Source of the DNA: a virus
Reading direction: 5' to 3' (one strand)
DNA length: 64,000 nt
Virus record (IMG/VR): IMGVR_UViG_3300032224_000723
Coordinates: 32,001-96,000 of that record
Below, piece by piece: positions 57,565 to 64,000 of this stretch. The notes under the pieces are model-generated. The model worked only from the letters and a program-made list of their open reading frames with translations, did no database searches and was not told the origin of the DNA. Position 1 is the first letter of the stretch. Every line of letters starts with the position of its first letter. The position numbers were made by a program, and so were the translations under genes.

Positions 57565-58750
57565 TCGTTCCCCTACTTACTGTGTGATGCCACACATAAA
57601 TCTTGCCATGCAAAACAATGGTGATGTATGTGTGTGCAATAAGAACACTGAAAGTTTCAAAGACGGTAAACATAATTTACTCCATATTCACAAAGACGGC
57701 CTTGCTAAAATATGGAACAGCCACACTAGAAAAATGATAGCCGCAGGTTTGGATCACGGCAAACGTTTACCTGGGTGTCAAGCATGCTGGAATGACGAAG
57801 ATGCTGGCGTTGAGTCCAATAGACAAAGGTTCAACAAAGTATTTGCCGATGTTAAACCTAGTAAAGCACAACCTAAAGTTTTAATTATTAAACCAGGCAA
57901 TGTGTGTAATTTAGGTTGTAGGATGTGCAATCCAGCAACTAGTACAAGTATGTATCAAGACTTTTATAAATTAGACACTGATAGAAAATCATTTTCTGGT
58001 ACATTAAAAGATTACACAAATCAATTTGAACTTATACGAGAAGGCTTTAGTAAAGACAATAACTTGGTGTGGCCTGTTCTTAAAGAATGGACCAACGAAC
58101 TAATATTCATTGACATCTACGGCGGAGAGCCTATGTTGGCTCCCACCATATGGGAAGTGTTGGAACACAGTGTTCAAAATGGCTCCAGCAAAAACACAAG
58201 TATAGAATTTCATACCAATTGTACAATATGGAATGAAAAATACATCAACCTATTACCAGCATTTAAATCTGTTGACATAGGCATCAGCATAGATCATCAT
58301 GAACATAAACAGTTATCATATATTCGTCATGGCGTTGATGCAGAAACACTACTTACTAATTTAGAGAAGTATAAGCAGTTAGAACTAGAAAACTCCTCTA
58401 TTAATCTTCATATCACATTAACAGTAACTCCCTATAATGTTTGGGATTTAGATTTAATAGTTGATGAATTAGAAGCACACATGCCGGTGGCTATCAATGT
58501 TGTATATCTACCAGAACTATTAGACATACGGCACTTACCTATTCCTATCAAACAAAAATTAATTTCAAAATTTGAATCCAATCACAAATTAACAAAAATA
58601 GTACAGTTACTCAATCATACTATTCCTGGGTGTGATGTATATTGGCCTAAGTTTTGTGAAGAATTCCGTATACTAGATAAAATACGCAATCAAAGTTTTG
58701 CAGAGTGTTTTCCAGAATACTACAAAGAATTAGAACCTTATATTGTTTAA
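57542..58750 (+). CDS. Radical SAM protein with N-terminal SPASM/twitch domain
   Basis: CNLGCRMC, GGEP; N-terminal CVMP..CVC...CQAC. Confidence 0.85.
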   Translation: MATESTPNRSPTYCVMPHINLAMQNNGDVCVCNKNTESFKDGKHNLLHIHKDGLAKIWNSHTRKMIAAGLDHGKRLPGCQACWNDEDAGVESNRQRFNKVFADVKPSKAQPKVLIIKPGNVCNLGCRMCNPATSTSMYQDFYKLDTDRKSFSGTLKDYTNQFELIREGFSKDNNLVWPVLKEWTNELIFIDIYGGEPMLAPTIWEVLEHSVQNGSSKNTSIEFHTNCTIWNEKYINLLPAFKSVDIGISIDHHEHKQLSYIRHGVDAETLLTNLEKYKQLELENSSINLHITLTVTPYNVWDLDLIVDELEAHMPVAINVVYLPELLDIRHLPIPIKQKLISKFESNHKLTKIVQLLNHTIPGCDVYWPKFCEEFRILDKIRNQSFAECFPEYYKELEPYIV

Positions 58751-59120
58751 AGTGGGCAACATTCCAAAAAGATTTAAACAAAATCAACTGACTAAAGTGT
58801 TTGCGGAAATATTAGGCCAGCCCACACATTTGGTGCATTATCAATTATGGAACAATCCCACAGACAACACTAGTCTACGCCTAAGTCTGCAGGGCTATAC
58901 CCTGCTAAAGAAAAACGATGTTAAGAGCTACACGTTTGATCTCAGTGAACCATTGACCAACAAGAACCTGCTACAGTTGGAGCGATACTTTCCAGGCATG
59001 TACTTTTTATTTCGAGCACAGAAAATTACTGTATACGACGAACAAGAAGCTACCATGCTAACACTAATGGACAGCAACCTTAAAGAGTACTTGGACAACT
59101 TGGAAGAAAGTAATACCTAA
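58743..59120 (+). CDS. Hypothetical phage protein
   Basis: ORF. Confidence 0.55.
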   Translation: MFKVGNIPKRFKQNQLTKVFAEILGQPTHLVHYQLWNNPTDNTSLRLSLQGYTLLKKNDVKSYTFDLSEPLTNKNLLQLERYFPGMYFLFRAQKITVYDEQEATMLTLMDSNLKEYLDNLEESNT

Positions 59121-59205
59121 GTACTAATACCCATTCACTCCGTAGGGTCATTGACAATAAATCCAAATTCCTATATAATTATGGCATACGTTAACAACAA
59201 AGGAG
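59109..59205 (+). promoter_or_regulatory. Early promoter cassette 1
   Basis: AGTAATACC/AGTACTAAT boxes, TTGACA-N17-TATAAT (59151-59179), AAGGAG. Confidence 0.8.
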
Positions 59206-59211
59206 TTGAAA

Positions 59212-59496
59212 ATGGAAAAACTTACAGATATTCAGCAGGTCAATTCTGCAATTATGTTTGGTAACTTTACAGACACTGAACTGACCAGCATACTCAGTGC
59301 CGTACAGTATGCCAAGGCTCAACTCCGCAAAGAAAAAATCCGCTCATTTAGAGTTGGTGACAATGTCAAGTTTACCAGCACCAAACGTGGTGTGGTTGTA
59401 AACGGAACGGTACGCAAGGTAGCTATTAAGTATGTCACAGTAGACACAGGACAAACCCTGTGGAGAGTTCCCGCTAACATGTTGGAGGCAGTATAA
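59212..59496 (+). CDS. Early hypothetical protein (SH3/KOW-like C-terminus)
   Basis: FRVGDNVKF...WRVP. Confidence 0.65.
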   Translation: MEKLTDIQQVNSAIMFGNFTDTELTSILSAVQYAKAQLRKEKIRSFRVGDNVKFTSTKRGVVVNGTVRKVAIKYVTVDTGQTLWRVPANMLEAV

Positions 59497-59711
59497 TGCA
59501 AGAATGGGTCCTAATTATATCTTTGTTCACCCCTGGTGGTGACTTTATGGATAAACGTCACATTGTCCTTCCGGACCAACAAGCCTGCCAACGGGCTAAA
59601 ATGGACGTTGAAACCGCAGAAAATCCCATGAGTGTTAAAGTTAAAACTTTATGTGTAACTAAAGCTCACTGGACTGGCCAAAAGCCCATGCGTAATGTCC
59701 CTATGGATTGA
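59496..59711 (+). CDS. Hypothetical protein
   Basis: TAATG coupling, GGAGG RBS. Confidence 0.6.
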   Translation: MQEWVLIISLFTPGGDFMDKRHIVLPDQQACQRAKMDVETAENPMSVKVKTLCVTKAHWTGQKPMRNVPMD

Positions 59712-59785
59712 AGTAGTACTAAGGTAGTACTTGTCCATAATTCGAATATTTGCTATAATAATGGCATGTTAAGCAAAAAGGAGTT
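59712..59785 (+). promoter_or_regulatory. Early promoter cassette 2
   Basis: AGTAGTACT/GGTAGTACT boxes, TTGTCC-N17-TATAAT, AAAGGAGTT. Confidence 0.8.
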
Positions 59786-59789
59786 GAAG

Positions 59790-60062
59790 ATGAAAGCACT
59801 GACAGTATTGATTGACCAAGAAAATAAATGGTCCAGTATTTTTAATCCTAAGTTTGTGGCACACGAAGTCGCCACTGCCCATGGGCGCGAACGTGTAGCA
59901 AAAATGATTGACGCTAAACTCAGTCCAGAAAACCTGAGCTGTGATGGCGAGCTACCCCGTGCAGAAGTCGCCCGCCGTTATCGTGCGCTGACCACAGCCG
60001 CTAAAGATCTAATCAAGTTGGATCCCAGCGTGGCTCAGTTTATGTACGAATTCTCAGAATAA
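59790..60062 (+). CDS. Early hypothetical protein
   Basis: LSPENLSCDGE motif; ATG 59790. Confidence 0.7.
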   Translation: MKALTVLIDQENKWSSIFNPKFVAHEVATAHGRERVAKMIDAKLSPENLSCDGELPRAEVARRYRALTTAAKDLIKLDPSVAQFMYEFSE

Positions 60063-60072
60063 GGAGTTAAAA

Positions 60073-60258
60073 ATGGATAAAGCAGTCATTTATCTTGTGC
60101 TGATTGTTGCAATTATTGCCTTTGGCCCATTGTGTTCAATATGGGCGCTGAATACACTGTTTCCAGTGTTGGCAATTCCCTACACCTTTGATACTTGGCT
60201 AGCAGTGATCCTGCTGGGCGGAGTAGTTAATAGCCGTTCATTTAGAAGTAATACCTAA
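60073..60258 (+). CDS. Small membrane protein
   Basis: Hydrophobic; AAGGAG RBS. Confidence 0.7.
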   Translation: MDKAVIYLVLIVAIIAFGPLCSIWALNTLFPVLAIPYTFDTWLAVILLGGVVNSRSFRSNT

Positions 60259-60321
60259 GTAGTACTTGCTCGAAATTCGGATATTTGCTATAATAATGGC
60301 ATACAAAGCAAAAAGGAGTTA
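60247..60321 (+). promoter_or_regulatory. Early promoter cassette 3
   Basis: AGTAATACC/AGTAGTACT boxes, TTGCTC-N17-TATAAT, AAAGGAGTT. Confidence 0.8.
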
Positions 60322-60324
60322 GAG

Positions 60325-60663
60325 ATGATTAAGGTCAACAGTCGTTTAAGTACAAATGGTCAAGGTTACTGGTCCAACAAGGCTAAGACAGTGACCGTAA
60401 CAGGGTTGGATCTGGCTTATGTAAATGAAGAAGGCGACTTTGGCGAGCTTCGTGTGTATTTTGACACAGATACATGGGACGTAGACGCAGATGGTCTTAT
60501 CTACACCGACAAGCAATTCAGATCTGACTTGAAAACATTGTTAGCTAGACTGGACTTGGGCACTGATGTTAGTTATTCAGAACAAGGTATGCAAGGCGAT
60601 AATTATGTTAGCTTCGATGTTGGAGCTGATTTCATCAATTCATTCAAATTAGTTTTGCAATAA
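60325..60663 (+). CDS. Early hypothetical protein
   Basis: YSEQGMQG motif; RBS. Confidence 0.7.
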   Translation: MIKVNSRLSTNGQGYWSNKAKTVTVTGLDLAYVNEEGDFGELRVYFDTDTWDVDADGLIYTDKQFRSDLKTLLARLDLGTDVSYSEQGMQGDNYVSFDVGADFINSFKLVLQ

Positions 60664-60674
60664 AAGGAGCAACA

Positions 60675-61139
60675 ATGGGAACACGTAGCCGCATTGGTAT
60701 CATGCACGGTGACAAGGTCAAAAGCATTTATTGTCATTGGGATGGTTATCTGGAACACAATGGTCGCATTTTGTTTGACCACTACGACAGCGCCAAAACA
60801 AATATGTTGGTAGCACTGGGCGACATGTCGAGTCTGCGTCCTGAGCTTGGTGAAAAACATGCATTCAGCAAATTAGATCCCATTGGTAATGAAGTCCGAG
60901 AGCACAATGAAGACTGGTGTACATTTTACGGACGCGATCGTGGCGAGAAGGATGTAGAGTACAAAGTGGCTCACACCTTTGAAGAATTTTTGGGCCAATG
61001 CTACGACTCGGCCGCTGAGTACTACTACATCATGAAGGATGGTGTTTGGTATTGTGGTGACACTTATGGCTCTACCCCATTAAGCACACAATTAACAGTT
61101 TTGGCTGAAGCACTGGCGTTAGATGAGGCTGTGGCATAA
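60675..61139 (+). CDS. Conserved phage early protein (MGTRS...YCHWDGY type)
   Basis: Motif pattern; AAGGAG RBS. Confidence 0.7.
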   Translation: MGTRSRIGIMHGDKVKSIYCHWDGYLEHNGRILFDHYDSAKTNMLVALGDMSSLRPELGEKHAFSKLDPIGNEVREHNEDWCTFYGRDRGEKDVEYKVAHTFEEFLGQCYDSAAEYYYIMKDGVWYCGDTYGSTPLSTQLTVLAEALALDEAVA

Positions 61140-61145
61140 TAACTA

Positions 61146-61195
61146 CAGACAATAAATCCAAGATTTTGTATAATATAGTTTTTAACAAAGGAGTT
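61146..61195 (+). promoter_or_regulatory. Early promoter for the MoxR gene
   Basis: CAGACA-N17-TATAAT; shares GACAATAAATCCAA with cassette 1. Confidence 0.7.
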
Positions 61196-61199
61196 TGAG

Positions 61200-62309
61200 A
61201 TGGCTAAAGAGATGATGACAGAGCACCGTACGGTGACCAGTGAAACTGCTCGACGTGTAATCGTCAAGTGTTTTAAGAAACAACGACCTGCTTTCCTGTG
61301 GGGTCCTCCAGGCATTGGTAAAAGTGAAGTTGTAGACAGTATTGCCAAGGACCTTGGCGGTGCTATGATTGATTTGCGTCTTGCACAGATGGAACCCACG
61401 GATTTACGTGGCATTCCATATTTTAATAAAGACTTGGGTTTAATGGATTGGGCGGCTCCCATTGACTTGCCCGATGAAGAATTTGCAAGCCAGTATCCTA
61501 TTGTGGTGCTGTTCTTAGATGAAATGAACTCAGCGGCTCCTAGTATTAAGGCAGCGGCTTATCAGCTGATTTTGAATCGCCGTATTGGCAAATATAAACT
61601 GCCCGACAATGTGGTAGTTATTGCGGCTGGTAATCGTGAGTCAGACAAAGGTGTTACTTATCGTATGCCTGCTCCGTTGGCTAATCGTTTTGTTCACTTG
61701 GAAATGCGAGTGGATCATGCTAGCTGGGAGACATGGGCTACTATTAATCGTATCCACACAGACGTGGTAGGTTACATTGGCTTTGCTAAACAAGACTTGT
61801 ATGACTTTGACCCACGTTCAAGCTCACGCTCGTTTGCTACACCACGTAGCTGGACCTTTGTCAGCGAACTGTTGGAAGACAACGATGTCAGCGACAGCGA
61901 CTTGACTGACTTGATCTCAGGTGCAGTTGGTGAAGGTGTTGCAGTTAAGTTTATGGCACACCGCAAGGTTGCAGGTCAATTGCCTAAGCCAGAAGCAATT
62001 TTGGCAGGTACTGTTAAAGAGTTGAAGATTAAAGAAATCTCAGCTATGTACAGTTTGGTGATTGGTATGTGCTATGAGTTGAAGGATCAAACTGACAAGT
62101 TGGGTGGCAAGCCTAATGAAGCATGGCACGGCATGGCAGATAACTTCTTCAAGTTTATGATGGATAACTTTACTACTGAGTTGACTGTTATGGGTGCTCG
62201 TACTGCATTGACTACTTATAACTTGCCCTTTGTACCTGGCAAGTTGAAGAACTTCGACGAGTTCCATAAGCGTTTCGGCAAGTACATTGTTGCCGCGGCA
62301 CAGAAGTAA
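61200..62309 (+). CDS. MoxR-type AAA+ ATPase
   Basis: GPPGIGKS, LFLDEMN, AAGN, LANRF, TPRSW. Confidence 0.9.
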   Translation: MAKEMMTEHRTVTSETARRVIVKCFKKQRPAFLWGPPGIGKSEVVDSIAKDLGGAMIDLRLAQMEPTDLRGIPYFNKDLGLMDWAAPIDLPDEEFASQYPIVVLFLDEMNSAAPSIKAAAYQLILNRRIGKYKLPDNVVVIAAGNRESDKGVTYRMPAPLANRFVHLEMRVDHASWETWATINRIHTDVVGYIGFAKQDLYDFDPRSSSRSFATPRSWTFVSELLEDNDVSDSDLTDLISGAVGEGVAVKFMAHRKVAGQLPKPEAILAGTVKELKIKEISAMYSLVIGMCYELKDQTDKLGGKPNEAWHGMADNFFKFMMDNFTTELTVMGARTALTTYNLPFVPGKLKNFDEFHKRFGKYIVAAAQK

Positions 62310-62317
62310 TTAGTTTA

Positions 62318-62358
62318 GGGGGCAGGGCTTTGTAACTCCTTTCAACCGTAAGTCCCCC
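62318..62358 (+). other. GC-rich intergenic hairpin with anti-Shine-Dalgarno loop
   Basis: GGGGGCAGGGCTT...AAGTCCCCC stem; loop contains TAACTCCTTT. Confidence 0.5.
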
Positions 62359-62367
62359 ATTTATATC

Positions 62368-62655
62368 ATGGCTTTAAAATTAGAACCTTTAGACGGTCGC
62401 CACAGTGGCAAGATCTTTTTCAAATACCGTGTATGGGTATATGGTCCTGACAGAATTCGAGACTTTATTCAAATACGTAACTGGTGTTGGGAAGTGTGGG
62501 GACCGAGCTGTGAACGTGACGACCATATGCTGTCATACAACAACCCAGAAGTAGAAAATAATCTGCATTGGGCATGGCATACATATGAACGCTCACGTTA
62601 TATCTATTTGGTCAATGACCAAGCACTGGCATTTTTCAAACTCAAATGGTTGTAA
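62368..62655 (+). CDS. Hypothetical Trp-rich phage protein
   Basis: RNWCWEVWGPS...FKLKW pattern. Confidence 0.65.
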   Translation: MALKLEPLDGRHSGKIFFKYRVWVYGPDRIRDFIQIRNWCWEVWGPSCERDDHMLSYNNPEVENNLHWAWHTYERSRYIYLVNDQALAFFKLKWL

Positions 62656-62661
62656 CAACAA

Positions 62662-62698
62662 AGTGTTACTCGACAATAATTCATTCTTGTGCTATAAT
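62662..62698 (+). promoter_or_regulatory. Early promoter for the VWA gene
   Basis: AGTGTTACT box, TCGACA-N17-TATAAT. Confidence 0.7.
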
Positions 62699-62721
62699 AT
62701 ATACACTAACAAGGAACAAAG

Positions 62722-64000
62722 ATGACTACAACAAATTCAGCAGACAAGCGTAATCCCAAAGCAAATGGTGGTCGCTTAACAGAGAACACAGATCCCACAT
62801 TGGATCGAACTGTACGTGAAAAATTAATTACTGCCCGCATTGGCTTGCTATTGCGGGCTCCTTTCTTTGGTAACCTTGCTACTCGCTTAGAGTTGGTTAA
62901 TGCGGACAGTTGGTTACCCACTGCGGCTACAGATGGTCGTAAGTTTTACTATAACACAGAGTTTGTCAATAAACTCAAACCCAAAGAAGTTGAATTCTTG
63001 TTTGGGCACGAAGTCCTGCACAATGTCTATGACCACATTGGACGCACCGGCGACTTCCGTGACCGTAGACTGTTTAATTGTGCCGCTGACTTTTGTGTCA
63101 ACGCAGACTTGATTGAACACAAAATTGGTGACAAGATTACTCCATGTTTGTATGATGCAAAGTACAAAGGTTGGAGTGCTGAAGAAGTTTACGATGATCT
63201 GTACGAAAAAGCAGACAAGATTGACATCAGTGACTTACTGGACCAAATGCTGGACGAGCACATGGATGGTGATGGCGACAGTGACGGTGATGGCGACGGC
63301 GATGAAAAAGACGGCAAGGGTAAAGGTCGCGGTCCCAAGTTGACTGAAGAAGAAAAGCGTCAGATCCGAGACGAGATTCGCGAAGCATTGTTGCAGGCAG
63401 CACAGGCCACTGGCGCAGGTAACTTGCCCATGGGTGTTAAACGTCTTATCAAAGACTTGACCAAGCCTGTTGTTAACTGGCGTGAACTGTTGGAACAACA
63501 AATCCAAAGCACTGTTAAAGATGACTTTAGCTGGATGCGTCCTAATCGTCGTAGCTGGCACTTGGATGCTGTGATGCCTGGCATGAAGCCCGGTACACAG
63601 ATCGACGTATGCGTAGCAATTGACACTTCAGGTTCTATCAGTGAACAAGACTTAAAAGACTTTCTAAGTGAAGTTAAAGGCATCATGGAGAGCTATGATG
63701 AGTATCGTGTACGTGTAATTACATGGGACACTGAAGTTTACAATCCCGAAGAGTTTACCAGTGACAACATGGCAGACATTGCTGAGTATGTGCCTGGTGG
63801 CGGTGGTGGTACTGACCCGCATTGTGTGTGGGAATGGTTGAAGGAAAACGACATCGAGCCTAAGAAGCTGATTATGTTTACTGACTACTGTTTCTTTGGT
63901 TGGGATCCTAAGTCCGTTGAAGACTACTGCGACACTGTTTGGGTTATCAAAGGCAATCCAGATGTTGAACCTGAGTTTGGTGTTTGGGCTCACTACGAAC
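62722..64000 (+). CDS. HEXXH metallopeptidase + VWA domain protein (DUF2201-like), truncated by window end
   Basis: Hand-translated (absent from track, no stop): TAATDG, HEVLH, DTSGS (MIDAS), GGGGT, FTD. Confidence 0.88.
   Translation, partial: MTTTNSADKRNPKANGGRLTENTDPTLDRTVREKLITARIGLLLRAPFFGNLATRLELVNADSWLPTAATDGRKFYYNTEFVNKLKPKEVEFLFGHEVLHNVYDHIGRTGDFRDRRLFNCAADFCVNADLIEHKIGDKITPCLYDAKYKGWSAEEVYDDLYEKADKIDISDLLDQMLDEHMDGDGDSDGDGDGDEKDGKGKGRGPKLTEEEKRQIRDEIREALLQAAQATGAGNLPMGVKRLIKDLTKPVVNWRELLEQQIQSTVKDDFSWMRPNRRSWHLDAVMPGMKPGTQIDVCVAIDTSGSISEQDLKDFLSEVKGIMESYDEYRVRVITWDTEVYNPEEFTSDNMADIAEYVPGGGGGTDPHCVWEWLKENDIEPKKLIMFTDYCFFGWDPKSVEDYCDTVWVIKGNPDVEPEFGVWAHYE

Noticed and set aside
59109-60321. 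Repeated intergenic sequences as mini-CRISPR or IS ends
   Set aside because: They resolve into -35/-10/RBS cassettes in front of genes; no transposase or constant spacer length
63262-63330. GAYGGY-type low-complexity repeat (DGDGDSDGDGDGD)
   Set aside because: Ordinary acidic linker between peptidase and VWA domains
2639-63993. Numerous minus-strand and alternate-frame ORFs in the track (e.g. 24411-24938, 29464-30009, 45239-45685, 61064-61462, 63235-63993)
   Set aside because: They lie wholly or largely opposite or inside well-supported + strand genes, lack RBS and motifs, and look like shadow ORFs
1-64000. Stop-codon reassignment as in some large phages
   Set aside because: Core genes are full length in the standard code, and TAA, TGA and TAG all end genes that abut the next start
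1-64000. tRNA/rRNA genes, integrase, reverse transcriptase (DGR/retron)
   Set aside because: None recognised; intergenic gaps are short and show no cloverleaf by eye (tRNAscan-SE would confirm)

Overview
A 64-kb, AT-rich, almost entirely + strand segment of a large lytic T4-like (myovirus-type) bacteriophage. Its host is Gram-negative (spanins) and probably proteobacterial (inference). From left to right: (i) a diiron/GATase/sulfotransferase/APS-kinase accessory cluster; (ii) a lysis region (GH19 endolysin, i-/o-spanin, 3-TM holin, extra membrane genes, one antisense micro-gene); (iii) DnaJ and ClpA; (iv) a ~12-kb late block of large mosaic proteins that begin with T4 capsid-targeting-like N-termini and consist of unrelated modules joined at [ILVMF]-x-E prohead-protease-like sites, partly via a shared DNA junction; (v) Dps, a desaturase and radical SAM genes; (vi) family-B DNA polymerase and sliding clamp; (vii) a 7-deazaguanine DNA-modification set (DpdA-like transglycosylase, FolE, QueD, QueE, DpdL-like; no QueC in the window) interleaved with sugar oxidoreductases, a GT-B glycosyltransferase and an aminotransferase; (viii) RNase H and many small genes; (ix) repeated early-promoter cassettes and a MoxR/VWA pair running off the end. 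Best novelty candidates are the cleavable virion 'cargo polyprotein' cassette system, a possibly glycosylated deazaguanine DNA modification, and a preQ1-I-like riboswitch variant in front of queD. All functional calls come from motif recognition by eye; no searches were run.
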